Shown piece by piece: positions 26,155 through 35,276 of a DNA stretch of 47,850 nucleotides. Origin of the DNA: Bdellovibrionia bacterium (GTDB lineage Bacteria > Bdellovibrionota > UBA1018); the NCBI GenBank assembly GCA_044227445.1, contig JBGAWT010000001.1, positions 1 through 47,850 of the forward strand, written 5' to 3'. Both the position numbers and the translations under genes were made by a program. The notes below the pieces were generated by a model. The model had not been told where the DNA came from and did not search any database. It saw only the letters and a list, made by a program, of their open reading frames with translations. Each line of letters starts with the position of its first letter. Position 1 is the first letter of the stretch.

Positions 26155-27209
26155 ATGAATCCCTCATCTAACTCTCCTAGTCTGAATCAGCTTTTTTCGG
26201 GTCCCGCTCCCACCTGGGAGATGATGGGCGAATGGGCGCTTGCCGCCATTGCACTCGTCTCGATATTTGCCTTGGGCTACATCGCCAAGCGCCTGATTAA
26301 GCGCGCCCAGCGCCAGCGTTCGATCAACTGGCTACGGCAACTAGGCCCTTCGCTTGCCAACCTGATCTACATCATCGGCTTGCAAGTATTCGTGGAGCTA
26401 GCCCCGCTCAACCCCAAGCTCACGCTCTGGCTCAACTCATTTGTCTATGTGGCAGCAGTGCTCACGATCTTGAGCACGCTCCGAAGAGGCTCGTTTTTGG
26501 CCCTCGATTCGTACCATGGCGATTTGGAGCACGGATTTGGCCCCCTGCTTTAAAACATCCTCACTCTTTTCGTCGCGCTGTCAGGGATGATCATGATCTC
26601 AAGCGCTTCAACTACGACGTGATGTCGCTGCTCACCACTTTGGGCGTCGGTTCGTTGGCCGTCGGTCTCGCTGCAAAAGAGACGCTCTCGAACATGATCT
26701 CGGGCTTTACGCTCATCATCGATCGCAATTTCACCCATGGTGATCGCATCAACCTAGGTGGGCTCATTGGCGATGTGGAGGAAATCGGGCTTCGAAGCAC
26801 GCGCCTAAGGGTACCTGACGGGAACATGATCATCGTTCCGAACTCCGAGCTCGTGAACTCCAAGATCCTCAATCTCTCGGTTCCGAGTCGCGAAGTCGCT
26901 TGCTCCACCGACGTCAGACTCGATCTTGAAGTATCATTTGAGAAAGCCCGAGAGGCCGCTTTAAACGTTTTGAAATCCCTCTCGCAGCAAAAGCGCATCC
27001 TCAATGAACGGAGCCAAAAGGTCTTCTTAAGATCCCTTGGTCAGGGATATCAGTCGGTCAGCATTCACTTTTGGGTCGCTGATTTTGAGGACGCAACGGC
27101 GGTCACTTCTGAGGTCAATGAGCGCCTGCTTGTGAGTTTTCGCGAAGCTGGGATCACGCTTGCAGGGCCGCAAGGCGCGATTTTCTCATCCGGTGATGCG
27201 CCAAAATAA
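26155..27209 (+). pseudogene. MscS-family mechanosensitive channel, interrupted by an in-frame TAA (26551..26553) and one frame shift (~26596..26598)
   Basis: Fragments are 26155..26553 and 26619..27209. Just past the TAA the same frame reads NILTLFVALSGMIMI (a TM helix). One nt later in frame it continues LKRFNYDVMSLLTTLGVGSLAVGLAAKETLSNMISGFTLIIDRNFTHGDRI...IVPNSELVNSKILN, which is the canonical MscS TM3 and beta domain. Confidence 0.8.
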
Positions 27210-27310
27210 CGCAGCGCAATAGCATGATGCACCAAATTCCCAATGTTTTCGCTTGTTTAAGCCCCGGTCGCGGAGTAGTACTGTCGCGCATTCAGTAAAG
27301 GAGAGAGATT

Positions 27311-29011
27311 TTGTCGTCTTACGTCGTATTAGCTAGGAAATGGCGGTCCGCTCAGTTCTCCGACATCGTCGGCCAAGGACATATCGTGCGGATATTGATG
27401 AACGCGATTAAACAAAACCGTGTTCATCAAGCTTATTTATTCACCGGCTCACGCGGAATCGGCAAAACCTCCATCGCTCGCATCTTCTCCAAAGCCCTTC
27501 GCTGCTCCAATACGACTGAGGTTGATGGCTGGCTGAGATCCTGCGATGCCTGCCCGAGCTGCAAAGAAATCACCGCCGGCATGGGCGTGGATGTCCTGGA
27601 GATCGACGGTGCGTCGAACAACGGCGTAGATGCGATCCGCGAGATCCGCGAAAACGCCAGATTCCTCCCCTCTTCAGGCTCTAAGAAGATCTACATCATC
27701 GACGAAGTGCACATGCTCACTACCGCAGCCTTCAATGCGCTCTTAAAGACGCTCGAAGAACCTCCTGCGCACGTGATCTTCATCTTTGCTACGACCGAAC
27801 CGCATAAGATCCCTGCGACGATTCTCTCGCGCTGCCAGCGCCTGGACTACCGCAGGCCAACGCATGCGCAGATCCAAGGCCATCTCACTCAAATCGCCGC
27901 AGCCGAAGGCTTGCAAGCCGATCCTGCAGCGTTAGCGCTGATCGCTCGCGCCGCCGAAGGCAGCATGCGCGACTCTCTGTCGCTTTTGGATCAAGTCATC
28001 GCCTACTCAGGCCAAAACATCACAGCCCAAGCCGCTCGCGAGAGCATCGGCCTCATTGGCGCCTCAGCGCTCATGGGACTGCTACGCGCCGTATTGGGCC
28101 GAAAGCCTGTCGAAGCCCTTAAAACGGCTGACGAGCTTTTTTCACAGGGGCAAGACCTGCGAGTTTTAGGTCGAAACCTCGTGGAGTGGCTTCATCTAGC
28201 GATCCTGCTGCGCGTAGGCGCAGACCCGCAAGGCTCGGATCTCTCCGCCGAAGAGCTCACGGAACTGCGTGAGATCGCGGCTCTGAGGGAACTTGAAGAG
28301 CTCGAGCTGATTTTCCAAGTTTTCCATTATGGGTTGGAATCCCTGGCTCGCTCGCCACAACCTAAGGCCCTGCTTGATGTGCTGCTCGTCAAGTGCGCAA
28401 CAGCTGAGACGATGGTTCCCGTGGCTCAGATGGAACGCGTGGCCGAAGCGCCGGCGCCTCAGGCCACTGCCCCCGTAACTCAACCGGCGCCCGTTATTCA
28501 AGCCGCACCAGCCGCTCCTGTGATTGAGGCGGCGCCGGCCATTCAACCTGCTGCTGCACCCATTGCTCAAGCACCCGCGGTACCTGCTGCAAATCTCCCA
28601 CGCACCTGGGAGGGCTTCATCGAGCAAGTCCGCTCCAAGCGCCCGCTTTTGGCTTCGATCTTAGAACATGGCACCTGCCTTGCGGAGCCGACGCTTGCAG
28701 ACCCCACGCTCTCCGTGGGCTTCTTGCCTCAGGACACTTACTACCAACAGCAGCTTCAGACGCGCACGTACGCCGATCAGTTGGCGACCATCGCGCGTGA
28801 GTACTACGCGTTCTCCGTTCTTAAGGTGCAGCTCCAAACCCGCGAAGGCGGCGAGAGCATGGCCTCACGCAAGGAGCGCGAGCAGCAAGAAGCGGTGGAA
28901 TCAGCCCGGAGCGCAGCGCTCAATCACCCGATTTTGAAGGAAGCCAAAGCTCTTTTTGGCGCAGAACTTGGACCCATTGAGGTGAGGACGGATGCAAGAG
29001 CAGCTCACTGA
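27311..29011 (+). CDS. dnaX: DNA polymerase III subunit gamma/tau
   Basis: 566 aa with a TTG start. Motifs: YVVLARKWRSAQFSDIVGQ, GSRGIGKTS, zinc module CDACPSC, IIDEVHML, SRCQRL, and an Ala/Pro/Gln-rich linker. Confidence 0.95.
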   Translation: MSSYVVLARKWRSAQFSDIVGQGHIVRILMNAIKQNRVHQAYLFTGSRGIGKTSIARIFSKALRCSNTTEVDGWLRSCDACPSCKEITAGMGVDVLEIDGASNNGVDAIREIRENARFLPSSGSKKIYIIDEVHMLTTAAFNALLKTLEEPPAHVIFIFATTEPHKIPATILSRCQRLDYRRPTHAQIQGHLTQIAAAEGLQADPAALALIARAAEGSMRDSLSLLDQVIAYSGQNITAQAARESIGLIGASALMGLLRAVLGRKPVEALKTADELFSQGQDLRVLGRNLVEWLHLAILLRVGADPQGSDLSAEELTELREIAALRELEELELIFQVFHYGLESLARSPQPKALLDVLLVKCATAETMVPVAQMERVAEAPAPQATAPVTQPAPVIQAAPAAPVIEAAPAIQPAAAPIAQAPAVPAANLPRTWEGFIEQVRSKRPLLASILEHGTCLAEPTLADPTLSVGFLPQDTYYQQQLQTRTYADQLATIAREYYAFSVLKVQLQTREGGESMASRKEREQQEAVESARSAALNHPILKEAKALFGAELGPIEVRTDARAAH

Positions 29012-29609
29012 CCCGGTTTCGCAGCTAATTTTCCAACTCTCCAAGCTCCCCGGAGTCGGAGAGAAGACCGCCACACGCCTGACCTATTTTATTCTCAAGC
29101 AAGAAGGCGGCTACGCACGCGCTCTCTCAGAAGCGCTCCTGGGCGCAAAAGAGAAGATCCACCTTTGCTCGCGCTGCTTCACATTCACAGACCAAGAGGT
29201 TTGCCGAACCTGCGCCAATCCACAGCGCAACGCCGCACAGATCTGCGTTGTTGAGCGACCTAGTGATGTGTTTTCGATCGAAGCCACGGGCGCTTACCGC
29301 GGCACCTACCATGTTTTGCACGGAGCGCTCTCACCGCTCGACGGCATCGGACCCGAAGAGCTCAAGATCCGCGAGCTGCTCGCCCGCCTTGAGTCTCAAG
29401 AGGATCGACCTGCCGTAACTGAAATCATTTTAGCGACCAACCCCAGCGTCGAAGGCGACGCTACTGCACTGTATCTAGCGCGCCTCATTAAACCGCTGGG
29501 CATCAAGTTGACACGTCTGGCACACGGCATCCCGGTAGGTGGGATGCTTGAGTACACCGACCGCCAAACCATCGGTAAGGCGCTCGAAAACCGCATGGAG
29601 CTGCACTGA
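28992..29609 (+). CDS. recR: recombination protein RecR
   Basis: 205 aa with LPGVGEKTATRL (HhH), the Cys4 finger CSRCFTF...CRTC, and the Toprim region VVERPSDV. It overlaps dnaX by 20 nt. Confidence 0.95.
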   Translation: MQEQLTDPVSQLIFQLSKLPGVGEKTATRLTYFILKQEGGYARALSEALLGAKEKIHLCSRCFTFTDQEVCRTCANPQRNAAQICVVERPSDVFSIEATGAYRGTYHVLHGALSPLDGIGPEELKIRELLARLESQEDRPAVTEIILATNPSVEGDATALYLARLIKPLGIKLTRLAHGIPVGGMLEYTDRQTIGKALENRMELH

Positions 29610-29610
29610 C

Positions 29611-30201
29611 GTGAGTTTCATCAACTACGCAAGTAAAGAGATCAACTGTAAGATCATTTACTTCGGCCCTGGCCTGTCGGGCAAAACCACGAACGTACAA
29701 TACATTTACGAACATACGCAGGATGGCCAAAAGGGCAAACTGGTAAGCCTATCCACAGAAAACGAAAGAACGCTTTTCTTCGATTTCCTGCCCCTGTCTG
29801 TTGGCGACGTGCGAGGGTACAAAACTCGGTTTCACCTGTACACGATTCCGGGTCAGACGTTTTACGAGACGTCGCGGCAGTTCATCCTAAAAGGCGTCGA
29901 TGGCATCGTCTTCGTTGTCGATAGCCAACCCGAGCGGATGGAAGCCAACATTGAGAGTTTTGAAGCGTTGGAGCGGAGCCTTGAGAAGCAGGGGTATGAC
30001 CTTCACAAGGTTCCGGTAGTTCTGCAGTACAACAAACGGGACATGCCGGGGGCGGTGCCCGTTAAGGAGTTGGAGGCGACGTTCAACCCGATGCGTCGTC
30101 CTTGGTTTGAAGCAGTAGCCAATCGGGGAGAGGGCGTGATGGAGACTTTACAAGCCGTCAGCCAGTCGATCATTCGGGAGTTGAAGTCGCAAGAAGCGTA
30201 G
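29611..30201 (+). CDS. mglA: Ras-like small GTPase MglA
   Basis: The track ORF 29539..30201 starts inside recR. GTG 29611, 1 nt after the recR stop, gives VSFINYASKEINCKIIYFGPGLSGKTTNVQYIY...LSTENERTLFFDFLPLS...RFHLYTIPGQTFY...LQYNKRDMP. From memory this is nearly collinear with Myxococcus MglA. Confidence 0.9.
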   Translation: MSFINYASKEINCKIIYFGPGLSGKTTNVQYIYEHTQDGQKGKLVSLSTENERTLFFDFLPLSVGDVRGYKTRFHLYTIPGQTFYETSRQFILKGVDGIVFVVDSQPERMEANIESFEALERSLEKQGYDLHKVPVVLQYNKRDMPGAVPVKELEATFNPMRRPWFEAVANRGEGVMETLQAVSQSIIRELKSQEA

Positions 30202-30234
30202 TAAATGGGGTCTCGCTTAAGGGGGGAGACAACA

Positions 30235-30645
30235 ATGAATAAGACGCAGCTTAAGCGGTTCAAGAAGGTGTTCGAAGAACAAAGAGAGTCGTTGTTATTC
30301 AATGATCGCGTGATCCGTGAAGATCTATGCGTCAATGAAGACGACAAGTACGACGAAGTGGACCAGGCGTCCGCTGACATCGAGCAATCGATGCGCATGC
30401 GCCTGCGTAACCGCGAAGTCTTCTACTTGAAAAAAGTGGAAGAAGCTCTCAAGCGCATTGAAGAAGGTTCGTTTGGCGAATGCGAAGATTGCGGCGAGGA
30501 CATCGAACTCCGCCGTCTCGAAGCACGCCCGACAGCAACTCATTGCGTAGCCTGCAAAGAAGAGCAGGAGCGGCGCGAAGGCCTCACGATGGCCGGACGC
30601 CAGAGCAAGAGCATGGGCGAAGGCTTCAGCCGTAAGTACGCCTAA
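30235..30645 (+). CDS. DksA/TraR-family C4 zinc-finger protein (paralogue 1)
   Basis: ATG 30235 follows GGGGGGAG; the track start is 30205. It has a DxxDxA-type tip (YDEVDQAS), LRNRE, and the CxxC-x17-CxxC finger (CEDCGEDIELRRLEARPTATHCVAC). Confidence 0.85.
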   Translation: MNKTQLKRFKKVFEEQRESLLFNDRVIREDLCVNEDDKYDEVDQASADIEQSMRMRLRNREVFYLKKVEEALKRIEEGSFGECEDCGEDIELRRLEARPTATHCVACKEEQERREGLTMAGRQSKSMGEGFSRKYA

Positions 30646-30681
30646 TCCGACTGTAGGAGGCCAAGGACGGCTGACTAGGGT

Positions 30682-31314
30682 CTAAAGAAACTCGTACCCC
30701 ACGCCTGCCATGAATTGCAGGTCGCGCTGACCAGCGAACATTCCAGCCGTGGTCGTATCATTGGTGAGCCCAAACAGATAGTTTACTTGCCCCAGAACGC
30801 TTAAACCGACCACCGGAAGCGTAAAGCGCCCAGCAACGCTAGCCATCAATCCCATCGACGATGTCGAAAGACCCACAACCGAAGGCGCCAAGGAGTTTGT
30901 TGATGTGGGTCCACCCGATGGAGTGGTCGCTACGTTCACATTGCCCAATACAATCTGGTAAAAACCGCCTAAGCCGAGGCTGATAAAAGGAATGGGATTG
31001 AACCGAACCATGAAGGGAATCTGAAAATTTCCCCAGTTCTGGGAAAAATTCGTCGTTCCATTCACGCCGTTGATCGTTCGCGTGGCATAAAAACCGCCCG
31101 CCTGAATCGTGATTAGGGAAAAAGGATTGAAGTTAATCATCGCTCCTCCCAGGAAACCAACCCCGGGAGAAATCGTGGTTGCAGTCGTCGGATTGACGAA
31201 CCAGGTCGTGTAGTTCATTCCCCCCATCGCATCAACGCCGATGAACCCGGCTTGGGCAGGAGCGTGGGACAGCGAAAGCGCTAACAACGCAAAGCTGATG
31301 AAGTATTTTTTCAT
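30682..31314 (-). CDS. small outer-membrane beta-barrel protein
   Basis: ATG 31314 gives MKKYFISFALLALSLSHAPAQA (signal peptide). The mature part is Gly/Thr/Asn-rich with alternating strand-like segments and a C-terminal ...FMAGVGYEFL. The track start 31359 is less likely. Confidence 0.7.
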   Translation of the reverse strand: MKKYFISFALLALSLSHAPAQAGFIGVDAMGGMNYTTWFVNPTTATTISPGVGFLGGAMINFNPFSLITIQAGGFYATRTINGVNGTTNFSQNWGNFQIPFMVRFNPIPFISLGLGGFYQIVLGNVNVATTPSGGPTSTNSLAPSVVGLSTSSMGLMASVAGRFTLPVVGLSVLGQVNYLFGLTNDTTTAGMFAGQRDLQFMAGVGYEFL

Positions 31315-31352
31315 ACTCTCAAGTGTACGTGGGGCACCTTTAAAAGCAACGG

Positions 31353-32461
31353 CTACCAACGCCCGCCAAAGGTGAACGAGAACATGCGGATGTGTTTTGA
31401 GAGCTGCCGTCCGGTGGGATCGCGAAACGTCTCTACTTGATCGTCAAACCGAATGCCCGCCATCCCCTGAACAAATCCATAAGAGGGCCGGCTATCGAGG
31501 CGTCTCTCCACAACGGTCCATTGATCAGAACGAAACAGCTGCGGCGTCTCAGCTCCTATGCTTGTCGTGTCGCGCTTGTATCCGGAGGTTCCCCATTCGA
31601 CGAGCTTGCGCGCGTAGAGCTGCACCTTATCGAAGAAATGCATCCGAAGCTCCGCGCCTACGCCACCTGAGATAAAGAGCCCCGCAGGTCGACGGCGAAG
31701 TTCAGGGTCTTTTCTTCTGATTCGCTGAGAAGAGAAAACAACCCGCTGACGATGGGCCACTTGCCTGAGAAGAATTTCTCGAATACCGATGCGTCCAACC
31801 TCATGGGAAGGTTAACGCCCCTTCCCTCTCGCACGTCTTGCTCCGTAGGGATCGCCAAGAACACGCCGATCTTCCCGTACTGGTAGGAGACCGCTAGCGG
31901 AGTGTCATCGCTGTATTTCAGGCCCGAGTGCACCTTGGAGTTGCGCTCCAAGATCGTGAAGTTTACTCCGATGCGGCCTGCGACCTTTCCGGTGTCGTCA
32001 ATGTAATCAAGCTCGATGCGCAAAGGGTGGCCGTCAACCATTGTGGCGCCTAAATCACTCCATGCATCAGCCCAATCCTCAATCAGGCCCTTGTCCAACC
32101 CTTGGGCAAGATACGTGAGCCCGACCATGGGAAGGAAAGCCGCTCCCAGCACGCCCGACTGCTTGCCATGCCCCGCCTCGTGAGCATCACAGCAATCTCC
32201 GTGATGGATCGCACCTGTTGCGTAGTTGAAATGATTGAAAGATCCAGTCGAGAGAACGACTTGCTGACCGGTGGAATCCAATCGGACTGCAGGCTTCTCG
32301 CCTTTGATCCAGTTAATGATCATGCCGACTAAACCGACCGGAATCCCGATGGCTGTGTTGATCGCCCCATAAGTGAAGTGATCGATCCAACCGACTACAA
32401 CGATATCCGGTGACTCAGCCCGAGCAGGGCTTGCCGCGAAAAGATGAAACAACAACAGCAT
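31353..32461 (-). pseudogene. exported protein with HEAGH motif and C-terminal barrel-like end (...FSFTFGGRW), split by one frame shift at a C4 run (31680..31683)
   Basis: Fragments are 31658..32461 and 31353..31760. The reverse-strand sequence gac ctg cgg gg-c tct... reads ...TLNFAVDLRG / LFISGGVGAELRMHFF once one nt is restored. The N-terminal part contains DCCDAHEAGHGK (HExxH). The last residue is aromatic, as in OMP C-terminal signatures. Confidence 0.65.
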
Positions 32462-32832
32462 GAAACCGAGTCTCCGCTCGGCGCGCCGTTTAAACAGAAA
32501 TTCCTCCGTGAAACTCCGTTAAATAAAGATTAGAGATTTTCGGGCAACCAAAGTCAAGGAGCTCGCTCGCTTTGCGCAATCTCCGTCGCGCACCGCATTT
32601 GGCCCAACCTGACTCCAGTTAGACTAGTCCCAGAGCGCACCACGCCCCGAGTTAGTGCGTTTTGACACCACTTGAATGTCAAATTTTGATCGCATAACCA
32701 ATTGTTTATATTGAGCTAATTTAAATCGTGTCCACTTTCTTGACACTTGGCACGCGCCTCGCACTAGGGACTTCACATGAGGGCGACGGCAAAGACGCCG
32801 GAGCCCAAGGGAAAAAGAGAAAGGAACCGTCC

Positions 32833-32967
32833 ATGCTCACGCTGCAAACTTTGTTACCAATTGGAATCGCACTCTTTATCCCCGCTTTGTTCTCGGGGAT
32901 CGTCTCAGGGTTATTGACCTTGAGTTTGAAAAAGTCGGAGCGTTGGAATCCCAAACGGGATTTGTAA
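32833..32967 (+). CDS. possible 44-aa single-TM peptide
   Basis: ATG 32833 has AAGGA 8 nt upstream and encodes MLTLQTLLPIGIALFIPALFSGIVSGLLTLSLKKSERWNPKRDL. It is short, with no homology evidence. It lies 43 nt upstream of the second dksA-like gene. Confidence 0.3.
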   Translation: MLTLQTLLPIGIALFIPALFSGIVSGLLTLSLKKSERWNPKRDL

Positions 32968-33010
32968 CCGCCCCCACTGACTGACTACTGAACAAAATCT
33001 GGAAAGAAAA

Positions 33011-33430
33011 ATGGAACGCGCCATGCTGTCCAAGGAATTCGTGTCTCAAATCAAAACCCTGTTCGAAACCGAGAAGCAACGGCTTCTTTACAGCGGAAAG
33101 CTTGTGAACGCGGATTTCGCCATCGCCGAAGACGATCTCATGGATGAGACGGATCTGACTTCCACGGAACTGGAAACGTCGATGCGCATGCGACTCCGTA
33201 ACCGCGAGGCTCTGTACCTTCGCAAAGTGGAGCAAGCGCTCGCAAGGATCCAGGATGGAACCTTCGGCCAATGCGAAACCTGCGAAGAAGAAATCGACCC
33301 TCGCCGACTCATGGCGCGTCCTACAGCAAATCTTTGCGTGAGCTGCAAAGAACACAGTGAGTACAGGGAAGTACTCCACATCGATGGCCACAGGCCAAAG
33401 AGCCTGGGCCTGAAGGCCCGGTTCGCATAG
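33011..33430 (+). CDS. DksA/TraR-family C4 zinc-finger protein (paralogue 2)
   Basis: 139 aa. It has SMRMRLRNREALYLRKVEQAL, nearly identical to the block in paralogue 1, and CETCEEEIDPRRLMARPTANLCVSC. The tip motif is MDETDLTS (DxxDxT). Confidence 0.85.
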   Translation: MERAMLSKEFVSQIKTLFETEKQRLLYSGKLVNADFAIAEDDLMDETDLTSTELETSMRMRLRNREALYLRKVEQALARIQDGTFGQCETCEEEIDPRRLMARPTANLCVSCKEHSEYREVLHIDGHRPKSLGLKARFA

Positions 33431-33527
33431 ATCCTCGCGCCACGGAAGGCGCGGCTCCCGGTAGTACAAGGGGCAAGGAAGCTGTTGTTCGCTCTTTTTG
33501 AAGGGGAACGTACTAGGGGGAAAACGA

Positions 33528-33563
33528 CGAGGGGACCTGCGCAGGGAGTGCGCGGTCCCCTCG
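33528..33563. terminator. strong GC-rich hairpin between convergent genes (bidirectional terminator candidate)
   Basis: cgaggggacc-t-gcgca-gggag-tgcgc-g-ggtcccctcg is followed by tttcatttc on the plus strand and preceded by gggggaaaacga (a T-run on the minus strand). It sits between the dksA-like gene (ends 33430) and the S8 peptidase gene (ends 33587). Confidence 0.65.
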
Positions 33564-33586
33564 TTTCATTTCTAGGACTCGACTAA

Positions 33587-35143
33587 CTATCTGCTGAGAT
33601 CCGATGACTTAACGTTCATCGCCTTCAGCACATTGATGCGACCGCCAGAGACCGTCTTGCTAGCAAGAGCGGGAATCTTGTCGACCGTATCGATGAGAGC
33701 CTGCTTGACCTGCTTGTAGGTCCACTTGGGGTGTTTAGCCCAAATGAAAGCAGCGGCACCCGCTACGTGCGGAGTTGCCATCGAGGTACCCGAGTACTTC
33801 TTGTACTTGTTACCAGGAAGCGTGCTGTAGACTTCGACGCCAGGAGCGGCCACGTGCGTGGTTTTCTTTCCGTAGTTCGAAAAGGAAGCCAGCTCGTCAC
33901 GCGAATCCGTCGCCGCAACGCCAATCATGTTCTCAAGCGCGTAGGCTGCGGGATAACCCTTCTTTGCAGAAGTATCGTTATCGTCACCGACTCCGTCCTG
34001 GCCGCCGTTACCAGCTGCCACGACGAACAGAGAGCCCTTTTCGCCTGCCCTGACGATTGCGTCCTTGATGGCTTGAACGTCGCAACCATCGCAACCCCAG
34101 CTATTGCTCATGACTTTCACGCCGTGAGCGACAGCATAGTCGATTGCTTTGACCGCATCCGTCAGGGAGCCGCTTCCGTCCTTATTGAGGAACTTAAGCG
34201 CCATGATCGAAACGCGTTGGTTCACGCCTGAGATGGCGATCCCGTTGCTTCCGACTGCACCGATCGTACCCGAGCAGTGCGTGCCGTGAGCTTGGTCATC
34301 ATAAGGAAGGCCGTCGTCGTGAACGAAGTCGTAACCGACTAAGTCATTCTTAGGGCCTGGCTTTGGATTGCGCCAAACGTTGAGGCTCAAATCTTCGTGG
34401 TTGTAATCGATACCCGTATCGATCACAGCGACTACGAAGTCCTTGCTTCCCTTAAAGGTCTTCCAAGCCTCGACAGCGCCGATCTTCTCGATGCCGTAAG
34501 CCATATCGAGATCCTTGTCCGGAGCAGGCTTGCCTTCGGCTGGTGGCTCCTTGACTGGAGGGCGACCATTTTCTGGTGGGGGAGGAGGAGGATTGTCATC
34601 GTCGCTGCATCCAGGAGGGAAAGGAAGCCCTGGAATGAAGCAAGGCAGCGGAGTGTTTGGATCGCATCCAGGGAAATCAAATCCTGGGATGCAGGGAAAG
34701 CCCGCGCCTGGATCTTCATCGTCGCGCGTATGCTTCTTCTTGCCCTTATTGAGCGCGTACACCAGGTAGTTGGGCTGTACGTACTCGATATTGGGATCCC
34801 GTTGAAGACGCGCGATCGCCGTCTTCATAGGAACCTTGTCCCAAAGCACCAGGCGCTCAAAGCCATCACCCACTGGGCCCATCAAACGCTCAACGCGTTT
34901 AACCCCAGCTGTGTTGTACATGGCATTGACGGTTAGCCTGGAGCGGCGAGCAGTCTCTTTATACTTAACGAGCAACTCACCGGGCACATATTTCGGGCCC
35001 TCTTGGCTAGCGAACGAAAACGATGCTTTCGGCGCTGCGAGTGCGCTCAGAGAAAATGTGAATATAAGGAGCACGCTCGCAAACAAGCCCCTTCTGTTCC
35101 TTGAATAGGACATCGAAGAAATCCCCCTTTGAGTAGTCATCAA
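33587..35143 (-). CDS. S8-family (subtilisin-like) secreted serine peptidase with I9-type propeptide
   Basis: 518 aa with the catalytic triad motifs VAVIDTGIDYNHEDL, HGTHCSGTIG and GTSMATPHVAGAAAF. It has the propeptide-like stretch ELLVKYKE...VKRVERL. ATG 35113 (MSYSRNRRGLFASVLLIFTFSLSALA) is a plausible alternative start. Confidence 0.9.
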   Translation of the reverse strand: MMTTQRGISSMSYSRNRRGLFASVLLIFTFSLSALAAPKASFSFASQEGPKYVPGELLVKYKETARRSRLTVNAMYNTAGVKRVERLMGPVGDGFERLVLWDKVPMKTAIARLQRDPNIEYVQPNYLVYALNKGKKKHTRDDEDPGAGFPCIPGFDFPGCDPNTPLPCFIPGLPFPPGCSDDDNPPPPPPENGRPPVKEPPAEGKPAPDKDLDMAYGIEKIGAVEAWKTFKGSKDFVVAVIDTGIDYNHEDLSLNVWRNPKPGPKNDLVGYDFVHDDGLPYDDQAHGTHCSGTIGAVGSNGIAISGVNQRVSIMALKFLNKDGSGSLTDAVKAIDYAVAHGVKVMSNSWGCDGCDVQAIKDAIVRAGEKGSLFVVAAGNGGQDGVGDDNDTSAKKGYPAAYALENMIGVAATDSRDELASFSNYGKKTTHVAAPGVEVYSTLPGNKYKKYSGTSMATPHVAGAAAFIWAKHPKWTYKQVKQALIDTVDKIPALASKTVSGGRINVLKAMNVKSSDLSR

Positions 35144-35276
35144 AGTCTATAGAACGCAGATTCTGTTGAACACTTTTGTTTTTTCGTTTCACGCGTTGCG
35201 ACATGCTTGCATTGACGCAGGAAGGGCTTACACTTACCGGGTTTCATCAAAGCGAATCTAAGACGAGGAGCGATTC

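Noticed and set aside
27311-29011. A programmed -1 ribosomal frame shift in dnaX (gamma/tau), as in E. coli.
   Set aside because: I found no A-AAA-AAG-type slippery heptamer or downstream hairpin in the gene. Single-product dnaX is common outside the enterics.
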